From Dickeya dadantii NCPPB 898 (GTDB lineage: Bacteria; Pseudomonadota; Gammaproteobacteria; Enterobacterales; Enterobacteriaceae): 32,000 bases of DNA. Location of the stretch: positions 2,443,543 to 2,475,542 of the forward strand of contig NZ_CM001976.1 of the NCBI RefSeq assembly GCF_000406145.1, written 5' to 3'. A model generated the notes under the pieces. The model was not told where the DNA came from, searched no databases, and worked only from the letters and a program-made list of their open reading frames with translations. Shown piece after piece: positions 9,634 to 17,825 of this stretch. The stretch's first letter is position 1, and each line of letters starts with the position of its first letter. The position numbers and the translations under genes are program-made.

Positions 9634-12600
9634 ATGAGCATTAAGGCATATGTCAGTGTCGCCCATAAGCTGGGATTCACTTCGCACCAAAATGCGGTTC
9701 CCCTGTTACGTGAACTGGTATTACATAACGAATCTGACCAAACGTACCAGGATTTAACGCTGCATTTGCAGACAACACCTGCGGTGCTGGAAGCAAAACA
9801 GTGGAAAATTGATCGCTTGCTTCCTCACTCCTCACTAGATATTCGCGATCGCGATGTTAAGCTCGACGCAAAATGGCTGGCTGAACTGACTGAAAGCGTG
9901 GTGTGCGAAATTACGCTGTGTTTACGTCAGGGAGAGGATGAACTTTTTACCGTTAATTATCCGCTTGAAGCCCTGGCAAAAAATGAATGGGGCGGCGATG
10001 CAATGGTTGAATTGTTGCCGTCTTTCATTACGCCTAACGACCCTGCGATTGATCGCCTGCTTAAAGCCACATCGGATGTTCTTCGTAGTGCAGGGAAAAG
10101 AGAAGCCCTGGATGGCTACGAAAGCAAATCCAGAACTCGGGTCTGGGAGATAGCCTCCGCCCTCTGGACTGCCATCTGCAACATGAATATCAGTTACGCT
10201 CTTCCCCCTGCCAGCTTTGAACACAACGGTCAGAAGATTCGTACACCCGGAGCCATCGTGGAGGCAAGGGTCGCCACATGTCTGGATACCACACTCTTAT
10301 TTGCATCCACGCTAGAACAACTCGGTCTAAATCCGCTGGTCTTTTTAACGGAAGGTCATGCTTTTGTCGGCCTGTGGTTGCAACCGCAAGAGTTTGCGCA
10401 ACTCGTCACCGAAGATGTCTCCGCCGTACGTAAGCGAATCGATTTAAAAGAGATGGTCGTATTTGAAACGACGCTGGCAACACAAGCGTACCCGGCATCG
10501 TTTACTCAGGCTTCCGTAGAGGCTCTCCAGCATCTGACAGAAAAAAAATTCTACGCCGCCATTGATGTACGGCGTGCTCGAATGCAAAAAATCCGCCCGT
10601 TGGCGCTGGGAGCATTGTGTACGACAGGGCAGACTGCCGACACGGAACAGATCATTTCTCATGGATTTGAAGATGCGCCGCAGCTGCCTTCATTTGATAT
10701 TGAGATCGACATCACTGATGAAAAAGGTGCAACCAGCCGGCTGGTCCAATGGCAACGAAAATTGTTGGATTTAACAACCCGGAACCGCCTATTGCATCTG
10801 CCGGAAAGTGCGAAAGGCATCCGATTGGTATGTTCTAACCCTGGGATGCTTGAAGATAAACTTGCGGAAGGCAAGCGTCTGCGTATTGTCTCTTTGCCAA
10901 ATCTCGAAATGGGCGGTCGGGATGCAGAATTATACCAGCAACAGACGCATGAAAACTTACGTGATGAGTATGCACAAAACGCGCTGGAACGTGGCGAAGT
11001 CGTCTCCCCTCTTGAACAAGAACGCCTTGAATCTTCACTAATTGATCTCTATCGCAAATCCAAAAGTGACCTCGAAGAAGGCGGTGCCAATACACTTTTT
11101 CTGGCTGTCGGTTTCCTTAAATGGAAAAAGGCTGCCGATGACCCTAAGAGTTATTTCGCGCCACTCATTCTTCTGCCCATTCAGTTGGATCGGAAAAGTG
11201 CGCTCTCTGGTGTGACAATGCGCTTGCTGGAAGAAGAACCTCGCTTCAATCTGACGCTACTCGAGCTACTGCGTAACGATTTCGCGCTGACCATCAACGG
11301 GCTGGATGGCGAATTACCAACCGATGAAAGCGGTATTGATGTTGATGGTATATGGAATGTTATACGCCGCGCAGTCCGTGATATCCCGGGCTTCGAGGTC
11401 ACTCGCGATGTCGTGATTGGTACCTTTTCGTTCGCCAAATATCTAATGTGGAAGGATCTCGTCGACCGCACGCCGCAACTGATGGAAAGCCCGTTGGTCA
11501 AATACCTGATTGAGCGTGGACAGGAAAATGCCACGTTGCAAAAGAGCGGTGAAATCATAGATGTCGATAAACTAGATGACGAAATAGGAACACAGGAACT
11601 TTTTTTGCCATTACCTGCAGACTCGTCGCAAGTTGCAGCTGTAGTGGCATCGGCAAAAGGTCGCGATTTTGTGCTGGACGGGCCGCCTGGAACAGGCAAG
11701 TCGCAAACAATAGCCAATATGATTGCGCACAACCTTGCGCTGGGTAGACGCGTGCTGTTTGTGGCTGAAAAAAAAGCCGCTCTGGATGTCGTTTACCGCA
11801 GGTTGGAGGCGCAAGGATTAGGTGAGTTTTGCCTAGAATTACACTCCAGTAAAACCTCGAAGATGGATTTCCTCAAGCAACTCGAACGCGCGTGGGACGT
11901 ACGCGACGTGCTGACCACCCAGGAATGGGAAGAGGAAGCAAGCAAGTTGCAAACTCTTCGTGACAAGCTTAACGAAGTTGTCCGTTTGCTTCATAAACGT
12001 TGGCCTAACGGTTTAACGCTACATCATGCAATGGGTCGAGTTATAAAAGATGTCAGTGCAGCAACACCGCTATTTACATGGCCGGCTGATACGCTGCATA
12101 CCGCAGAACAGATGGAATATTTCAGGCAGATAGCCAGACGCCTGGAGCTTAACCGTGCTGCTTTTCAACAACACGGCGAACATTTTGCCGCCATTGCACA
12201 AACGGACTGGACGAACGGATGGCAGTCATCACTGATTGTCAGTGCGAAAGCTCTGCCCGGAAAAATAGAAAACCTAGAACAAGCGGCTGATGCGCTACTG
12301 CAGGCAAGTGGACTTGAACTGGACGTCAAAGAGCCAGCAAAACTGGCACAGCTGCTCGCTTTTTGCGAACTCCTGACCAAAGCAGGCGACATCGATCTCA
12401 GTTTTATGTTCACTCCCGATGCGACAGCCCGCATTCAGGCTGCCCATACAGCAATCGCCCTGCTGCAGGAGATAACCACCACTAAAGAACGGTTGTCAGT
12501 CAACTATCCTGCGGATAGCTGGCAACACGTCAACGTGCCGCAAATCCAACAAGCACTAACGCAAGCGGGTAAAAAGTTCTGGTTCTTCGCCACCAGCGCA

Positions 12601-15528
12601 CGCAAAAAAGTTATCCAGGGTGTAATGCAGCAACATGCGCTCAGTTCAGCACCGGATTTGGCTGCCGATTTACCTGTTATTGATCTACTGCAGCCGTTGT
12701 CACAACGTCTGACGGCGATAAGTAGCGAGACGGCAACGCTACCGGGCTGGAGCAGTCTGGCAACAGATTACACAAAATTAGCAGCGACGGTGGCACTCGC
12801 GGAAGAGATCCGCAACAAACTCGGTACGTTAGCGTCTTCACCACAACAACTTGCAGGGATTCGCACTGCCGTTAAAACCCTAGTCATTGATGCCAATGAT
12901 TTGCTGGGTGCGGCCGGTGTGGTTGCGAATTTATGCCAGAACCTTCGTACTGCACTTACCGGGTTTAGCGAAGCCAAAACAACCTTCTGTGGCCTGATAA
13001 AAACGCAAGAAGAAAATCCGTCTATCCCCACATTGCGGAACTGTGCGTTAAACATAATGCAGAATTCATCAGCACTGAAAGCATGGAGTGACTGGAGTCG
13101 CGTGCGGGAAGAAGCCATTTCTCAGGGGCTGATGCCCATGCTGGATGCGCTGGCTCATCTTGATACCTCAGAAACGAGTGCCTCAGAGATTTTCGAAACT
13201 GCCTATTGTCGCTGGTTCGCCTCATGGGTCATTGATTCGGAACCGCTACTGCATAATTTTGTTCCGGCCGAACATATGAGTGACATTGAGGCATATCGCC
13301 AGCATACCGATCGCCTAGCAAAGTTAACGGTTCGTTACATTCGTGCCCGCCTGTGTGGCGTGATCCCCGCAAAAAACGAAATAGACAAACAGGGTGGCTT
13401 TGCCTTACTGAAGCATGAACTACAGAAATCTCGTCGTCATAAGCCTGTTCGGCAAATGGCCGCAGAGATGGGCGATGCAATGTCGAAACTTGCACCTTGT
13501 ATGCTTATGAGCCCTCTTTCAGTAGCGCAATTTTTGCCTTCCAGCCAGGCTTTGTTTGATTTGGTGATCTTTGATGAAGCATCACAGATATCCCCCTGGG
13601 ACGCCATTGGCGCAATGGCTCGTGGTAAACAAGTTGTCGTGGCTGGCGACCCACGTCAGATGCCGCCAACCAGTTTCTTCAATCGTGGGGCAAGTGATGT
13701 GGACGATGATGTTGAAGAGGATATGGAAAGCATTTTGGATGAATGCCTTGCCGCCGGGTTATACAACCATAGCCTGAGCTGGCACTACCGTAGTCGCCAT
13801 GAAAGTTTGATCACCTTCTCTAACCACCGCTATTATGACGGGAACCTGATCACCTTCCCTGCGTCGGAAACGCGACAAAGTGCTGTTCAGTGGTGCAAAG
13901 TTGCTGGCGTTTATTCGAAAGGTAAAGGTCGTCACAATCAGGCCGAAGCCGAAGCCATCGTCGCAGAGACCGTAAAACGTCTGACGGATAAAAAATTTGT
14001 CGCTTCAGGTAAGTCGATTGGCATTATTACCCTGAATACCGAACAACAAAAACTGATCAATGACTTGTTGGATAGAGCCCGTCAGCAACATCCTGCAATT
14101 GAGCCCTTCTTTCAGCAAGAGCTTGAAGAACCCGTGGTGGTTAAAAACCTTGAGACAGTTCAGGGCGATGAGCGCGATCTGATTATGCTCGGTATTGGGT
14201 TCGGCCCTACAGAACCCGGTGCCAATACGATGTCCATGAGCTTTGGCCCACTCAATCGTGAAGGAGGCTGGCGACGCCTGAATGTTGCCGTCACGCGTGC
14301 GCGTCAGGAGATGATGGTATTTACCTCATTCGACTCTTCAATGATCGACCTCAATCGAACCAGCGCACGTGCTGTCGCCGACCTTAAGCATTTCATCGAA
14401 TTTGCTCAACGGGGCCCGGTAGCATTGGCACAGGCTGTTCGTGGTTCGGTTGGCGGCTATGACTCACCTTTTGAAGAAGCGGTTGCTAGTGGTCTGAGAA
14501 GAAAAGGCTGGCATGTTGTTCCGCAAATAGGTGTCTCCCGTTTCCGTATTGATCTGGGGATCGTTCATCCGGATAAACCGGGCGATTACCTGGTCGGCGT
14601 TGAGTGTGATGGCGCCACCTACCATAGCGCAGCCACAGCCCGCGATCGTGATAAAGTTCGCAGCGCTATCCTGCAAGGCCTCGGCTGGAAATTATTACGC
14701 CTCTGGTCAACGGAGTGGTGGATTGATAAAGAAGGTGCGCTTGAGCGACTTGATTCGGCCATTCGAGATCTGCTTGAAGAATCCAGAGCCACTGATGCAA
14801 TGCATACGGCGGAGGCAGAGGAACCTGCTGATATTAGCGGTGAAACAACCGCGATTGCAGAGTCGGATGATCTCCTCGTAACTACCGCCATTGCGCAGGG
14901 AGCCAACGATGAAGAAATCTCAGCACCTGTCGAAGTGATAAAGCAACCCAGTAAAAAGTCTGAAGACGACGATAGCGCAGAGACCGCTGTGCCAGAGCTA
15001 AAATACGCCTCATCACCGACCCCGGAAATTACCTTACCCGCTCAGGGGGCTAAATACATCGTTAATGACCTGCAAGAATGGAATAGCAGAGTTGATGCCG
15101 AACGCTTCTACATTGGTGGGTATGACGAAACGCTGAGAGGGCTCATCGACTCAGTGGTGAAAGCTGAATCTCCACTGCTGGAAACAACGTTGGTGCAGCG
15201 CATTGCACGCGTCCACGGTTTCAATCGTGCTGGCAGGCTAATTCGTGAAAGGGTGATGGAGTTGGTGGATCAGCATTATCATGTTGCGACAGATCATTTT
15301 GGTGAAAATTTTGTCTGGCAGTCCACAACTCAGCAGGCAGACTGGAATACATTCCGTTTGCCTGCGACAGAAAATGATATTCGCCAGATTGATGCTATCC
15401 CTGCAGAAGAGTTACGCGCATTGGTGCTGAATACAAAAGGCGAGTACAAAATTGCAGATATCACCCGATCATTGGGCATTAAGCGGCTAACAAGCCAAGC
15501 AAGACAAAAACTGGAGTCATTACTCTAA
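9634..15528 (+). CDS. Giant multidomain SF1 (Upf1/DNA2-like) helicase fused to a DUF559/Vsr-like PD-(D/E)xK endonuclease, with an N-terminal transglutaminase-like core, a DUF4011-like segment and a DUF3320-like C-terminus
   Basis: Single uninterrupted ORF; I prefer ATG 9634 (GGAG ~10 nt upstream) over track GTG 9604. TGase-like motifs: ARVATCLDTTLLFAS (Cys codon 10279-81) and TEGHAFVGLW (His codon 10357-59). DUF4011-like: WQRKLLDLTTRNRLLHL (~10750-10800). Helicase: Walker A GPPGTGKSQT (11680-11709), motif II VIFDEASQI (DE at 13573-78), then VVVAGDPRQMPPT, YRSRHESLITFSN, VETVQGDERD and LNVAVTRAR. Nuclease: FRIDLGIVHP...LVGVECDGATYH...LGWKLLRLWSTEWW (~14470-14725). After an acidic linker comes the DUF3320-like tail (~15050-15525). 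GC is lower than the core genes (26/60 in the line at 12001). Confidence 0.9.
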   Translation: MSIKAYVSVAHKLGFTSHQNAVPLLRELVLHNESDQTYQDLTLHLQTTPAVLEAKQWKIDRLLPHSSLDIRDRDVKLDAKWLAELTESVVCEITLCLRQGEDELFTVNYPLEALAKNEWGGDAMVELLPSFITPNDPAIDRLLKATSDVLRSAGKREALDGYESKSRTRVWEIASALWTAICNMNISYALPPASFEHNGQKIRTPGAIVEARVATCLDTTLLFASTLEQLGLNPLVFLTEGHAFVGLWLQPQEFAQLVTEDVSAVRKRIDLKEMVVFETTLATQAYPASFTQASVEALQHLTEKKFYAAIDVRRARMQKIRPLALGALCTTGQTADTEQIISHGFEDAPQLPSFDIEIDITDEKGATSRLVQWQRKLLDLTTRNRLLHLPESAKGIRLVCSNPGMLEDKLAEGKRLRIVSLPNLEMGGRDAELYQQQTHENLRDEYAQNALERGEVVSPLEQERLESSLIDLYRKSKSDLEEGGANTLFLAVGFLKWKKAADDPKSYFAPLILLPIQLDRKSALSGVTMRLLEEEPRFNLTLLELLRNDFALTINGLDGELPTDESGIDVDGIWNVIRRAVRDIPGFEVTRDVVIGTFSFAKYLMWKDLVDRTPQLMESPLVKYLIERGQENATLQKSGEIIDVDKLDDEIGTQELFLPLPADSSQVAAVVASAKGRDFVLDGPPGTGKSQTIANMIAHNLALGRRVLFVAEKKAALDVVYRRLEAQGLGEFCLELHSSKTSKMDFLKQLERAWDVRDVLTTQEWEEEASKLQTLRDKLNEVVRLLHKRWPNGLTLHHAMGRVIKDVSAATPLFTWPADTLHTAEQMEYFRQIARRLELNRAAFQQHGEHFAAIAQTDWTNGWQSSLIVSAKALPGKIENLEQAADALLQASGLELDVKEPAKLAQLLAFCELLTKAGDIDLSFMFTPDATARIQAAHTAIALLQEITTTKERLSVNYPADSWQHVNVPQIQQALTQAGKKFWFFATSARKKVIQGVMQQHALSSAPDLAADLPVIDLLQPLSQRLTAISSETATLPGWSSLATDYTKLAATVALAEEIRNKLGTLASSPQQLAGIRTAVKTLVIDANDLLGAAGVVANLCQNLRTALTGFSEAKTTFCGLIKTQEENPSIPTLRNCALNIMQNSSALKAWSDWSRVREEAISQGLMPMLDALAHLDTSETSASEIFETAYCRWFASWVIDSEPLLHNFVPAEHMSDIEAYRQHTDRLAKLTVRYIRARLCGVIPAKNEIDKQGGFALLKHELQKSRRHKPVRQMAAEMGDAMSKLAPCMLMSPLSVAQFLPSSQALFDLVIFDEASQISPWDAIGAMARGKQVVVAGDPRQMPPTSFFNRGASDVDDDVEEDMESILDECLAAGLYNHSLSWHYRSRHESLITFSNHRYYDGNLITFPASETRQSAVQWCKVAGVYSKGKGRHNQAEAEAIVAETVKRLTDKKFVASGKSIGIITLNTEQQKLINDLLDRARQQHPAIEPFFQQELEEPVVVKNLETVQGDERDLIMLGIGFGPTEPGANTMSMSFGPLNREGGWRRLNVAVTRARQEMMVFTSFDSSMIDLNRTSARAVADLKHFIEFAQRGPVALAQAVRGSVGGYDSPFEEAVASGLRRKGWHVVPQIGVSRFRIDLGIVHPDKPGDYLVGVECDGATYHSAATARDRDKVRSAILQGLGWKLLRLWSTEWWIDKEGALERLDSAIRDLLEESRATDAMHTAEAEEPADISGETTAIAESDDLLVTTAIAQGANDEEISAPVEVIKQPSKKSEDDDSAETAVPELKYASSPTPEITLPAQGAKYIVNDLQEWNSRVDAERFYIGGYDETLRGLIDSVVKAESPLLETTLVQRIARVHGFNRAGRLIRERVMELVDQHYHVATDHFGENFVWQSTTQQADWNTFRLPATENDIRQIDAIPAEELRALVLNTKGEYKIADITRSLGIKRLTSQARQKLESLL

Positions 15529-15536
15529 GTCAGACA

Positions 15537-15567
15537 GGCTATTCCTGGGTTATCGACAGGAATAGCC
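15537..15567 (+). terminator. Perfect 11-bp stem-loop 9 nt after the giant gene's stop (possible terminator or RNA-stability hairpin)
   Basis: GGCTATTCCTG-ggttatcga-CAGGAATAGCC. There is no immediate U-tract; a T8 run lies ~25 nt further on. Confidence 0.4.
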
Positions 15568-15601
15568 ATCATTCAATTCTTCAGTCCCTTGTTTTTTTTC
15601 C

Positions 15602-15733
15602 CACCTGCGCAAATTTGACCGCCTTGGTCGTAATGCGATGGATATTCGAAAAACAGTGGAACAGCTGGCGACTTCCGATATACGTGTTAATTGCCTAGCA
15701 CTCGGAGAAGTGGATTTAACCAGCCCTGCCGGT
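15602..15733 (+). pseudogene. Internal fragment of a serine recombinase (resolvase/invertase) gene
   Basis: The frame reads [44 protein letters not shown]. This fits the resolvase pattern (k)lDRLgR...l...v..L...g......l.e.iDtstpaG. There is no N-terminal catalytic Ser region and no C-terminal HTH, and the sequence changes identity right after SPAG. Confidence 0.6.
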
Positions 15734-15791
15734 ACTCTTCCGGTGTCAGGTTATTCAGGGATTCGTGAGGCCGTGACCAGCTCCTCATTGA
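15728..15791 (-). pseudogene. Second relic of an rve/DDE transposase 3' end, inverted relative to 9124-9195
   Basis: The minus strand reads (M)[21 protein letters not shown]..., sharing [10 protein letters not shown](A/E)EYR with the left relic. The junction with the resolvase fragment is ambiguous by a few nt. Confidence 0.45.
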
Positions 15792-16041
15792 TTAATACTC
15801 GGCTACGTTAGTGACGCTTAAAAACTGCTTTCAAAGAATCGCAAACTTCCGCTCATCGCTCATTGCGCCGCTCAGATACTTCGCATTGTCGACTCTATAA
15901 AGGATAGAGTTCAATCACTATTAGCTGTTCTATTTAACTGTAAGACGCAGTAACTCCCCGCTGGGGGGTTTGACCTGCTCCCCATTGATTAACACACGAC
16001 GATGTTAGTAATGTCTTCATCAGCAACATGAGGACAACCCC

Positions 16042-16305
16042 ATGAAGAAGCGTTTTTCCGACGAACAGATCATCAATATTCTTCGCGAAGCCGAGGCGGG
16101 TGTTTCCGCCCGCGAACTTTGCCGTAAGTACGCCATCTCCGACGCCACGTTTTATACGTGGCGTAAGAAGTTTGGTGGCATGGAATTACCTGAAGTAAAA
16201 AGGCTTAAGTCACTTGAAGAAGAGAACGCCCGCCTCAAGAAGCTGCTCGCCGAAGCCATGCTGGATAAAGAGGCACTACAGGTGGCTTGGGACCGAAAGT
16301 ACTGA
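16042..16305 (+). CDS. IS3-family transposase OrfA (HTH + leucine zipper)
   Basis: [48 protein letters not shown]...[22 protein letters not shown] is the typical IS407-group OrfA. Confidence 0.9.
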   Translation: MKKRFSDEQIINILREAEAGVSARELCRKYAISDATFYTWRKKFGGMELPEVKRLKSLEEENARLKKLLAEAMLDKEALQVAWDRKY

Positions 16306-17162
16306 CGACAGACCAGAAGCGGGAAGCCGTGACAGTGATGTGCAAAGCGACAGGTCTGTCGCAACGGCGTGCCTGCAGGCTGACAGGTTTGTCCCTGTCG
16401 ACCTGCCGTTATGATGCGCACCGCCCGGCTACTGATGCGTATCTGTCTGCACGTATCACCGAACTGGCAATGGAACGCCGACGTTTCGGTTACCGGCGTA
16501 TCTGGCAGCTTCTGCGTCGTGAAGGCCTTTGCGTTAACCACAAACGGGTCTACCGCATCTATCATCTCAATGGCCTGGGCGTAAAACGCAGACAGCGCCG
16601 TAAGGGTCTGGCGACTGAGCGGCTTCCGCTTCTTCGCCCGGATGCGCCGAACCTGACATGGTCGATGGATTTTGTCATGGATGCACTTGCCAGCGGCCGC
16701 CGGATTAAGTGCCTGACTTGTATGGATGATTTCACGAAAGAATGTCTGACGATCACTGCTGCTTTCGGTATTTCAGGCGTTCAGGTCACGCGTATTCTGG
16801 ACAGCATCGCGCTCTTTCGTGGCTATCCGGCGACAATAAGAACCGATCAGGGCCCGGAATTTACTTGCCGCGCGCTCGAACAATGGGCCTTTGAGCATGG
16901 TGTGGAGTTGCGACTTATCCAGCCAGGTAAGCCAACGCAGAGCGGATTTATTGAGAGTTTCAACGGTCGCTTTCGGGATGAATGCCTGAATGAACACTGG
17001 TTCAGCGATATTCTTCATGCCCGGAAAATCATTAATGACTGGCGGCAGGACTATAATGAGTCCAGACCTCATTCATCGCTGAATTACCAGACGCCGTCTG
17101 AATTTGCAGCAAGCTGGAGAAATGGAAAATTAGAAGGTAAACAAACCGACATTACTAACTGA
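16287..17162 (+). CDS. IS3-family transposase OrfB (DDE/rve catalytic domain), probably made as an OrfAB fusion by -1 frameshifting
   Basis: -1 frame relative to orfA. This frame is open from 16269, so any frameshift must occur between 16269 and 16303. DDE context: [27 protein letters not shown]. Tail [18 protein letters not shown]. Confidence 0.9.
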   Translation: MGPKVLTTDQKREAVTVMCKATGLSQRRACRLTGLSLSTCRYDAHRPATDAYLSARITELAMERRRFGYRRIWQLLRREGLCVNHKRVYRIYHLNGLGVKRRQRRKGLATERLPLLRPDAPNLTWSMDFVMDALASGRRIKCLTCMDDFTKECLTITAAFGISGVQVTRILDSIALFRGYPATIRTDQGPEFTCRALEQWAFEHGVELRLIQPGKPTQSGFIESFNGRFRDECLNEHWFSDILHARKIINDWRQDYNESRPHSSLNYQTPSEFAASWRNGKLEGKQTDITN

Positions 17163-17194
17163 TCGTTGTATCTAATACTGGGGGCAGGTCAGTT

Positions 17195-17370
17195 TGCGCT
17201 GACGTACCGTCACAGTACGTATTGAGTGTCTGTGTTTTCCCTAGGTAACTCTACGGGCTGGTTGCGTTTGAATGTGTAGCGGTACATATTCAGATAAACG
17301 GCCCCCGGCGACACAGTCATCTCGAAGACATTAGTCCAAAATGGATAAACAGGTGTTGTGGTAGCTAGCC
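17195..17370 (-). pseudogene. Tn3-family transposon end: terminal inverted repeat (split by the IS) plus a tnpA 3' relic
   Basis: Joining 15965-15970 (GGGGTT) to 17195-17226 gives GGGGTTTGCGCTGACGTACCGTCACAGTACGTATTGAG. This is 38 nt, starts with GGGG, ends in an ACGT..AG-like motif and resembles the gamma-delta/Tn3 IR as remembered. A minus-strand frame reads ...FEMTVSPGAVYLNMYRYTFKRNQPVELPRE...stop (stop at 17212-17210, inside the IR), like the Tn3-family TnpA C-terminus (SP.gw.hIN..G.Y.F). Confidence 0.4.
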
Positions 17371-17461
17371 TTAGAGGAAGACACAAATCAAAGTGAGTAC
17401 ATGAATGAGTATAAAAATAAATAAACTATTTATCAAAATTTTAAACTTAAAATCACAGTTC

Positions 17462-17560
17462 AACGTCTAATTTTCTTCTGTTGTCTTCATGAGGATTCAC
17501 TGAATCTCATGAAGGCCGACAAACCCATAAAATCCACGCAGTTGCGTGGATTTTTCTTTT
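17462..17560. repeat. Right copy of the ~100-bp direct repeat (pseudo-3' end of ychF + hairpin + terminator copy)
   Basis: See 8958-9057. Differences: TAA-TTTTC versus TAAATTTTC, GGATTCACTGAATC versus GGCTTCACTGATTC. The terminator copy is at 17530-17560. Confidence 0.9.
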
Positions 17561-17711
17561 TATGCTGTCTTACCAGGTCTTGTGGAGGCGCGTTGAAAAA
17601 CGCGTATAAACAGTTTCCATCTTTATGGTAGTCGGGTACAACAGCATTATAAGAAATGTATAAGAAACCATGATGCTCGCAGATATTCAGTTATGAGCAT
17701 AATTTTTTTCG

Positions 17712-17778
17712 TAAAAAATGAGAGTTACCTTTGTTTGCATCAGGTGTTTGCATCAGGGCGCCACCATCGGTAACTCTC
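17712..17778 (-). terminator. Candidate xynA terminator (10-bp stem with a large loop, followed by a U-tract on the minus strand)
   Basis: GAGAGTTACC (17721-30) pairs with GGTAACTCTC (17769-78). On the minus strand the stem is followed by CATTTTTTAC. The 38-nt loop carries a tandem GTTTGCATCAGG x2 (17733-17757). Confidence 0.45.
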
Positions 17779-17825
17779 ACGCTTTCAGGCTGATATGTCA
17801 GAGCTGGTCGGGATAATGCAAATGA

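Larger units (their letters stand above)
15971..17191 (+). mobile_element. Intact IS3-family insertion sequence (IS407-group, IS1222-like), 1,221 bp
   Basis: Terminal inverted repeats TGACCTGCTCCCCA (15971) and TGACCTGCCCCCA (reverse complement ending at 17191), i.e. TG...CA ends. Two overlapping ORFs in 0/-1 frames. GTT occurs on both flanks (15968-70 and 17192-94), a possible 3-bp target duplication. Confidence 0.9.

Noticed and set aside
16152-17072. Antisense ORFs inside the IS element (16152-16565, 16562-16756, 16773-17072)
   Set aside because: They are embedded opposite the orfA/orfB transposase frames, and the IS3-family coding organisation is fully explained by orfA/orfB.
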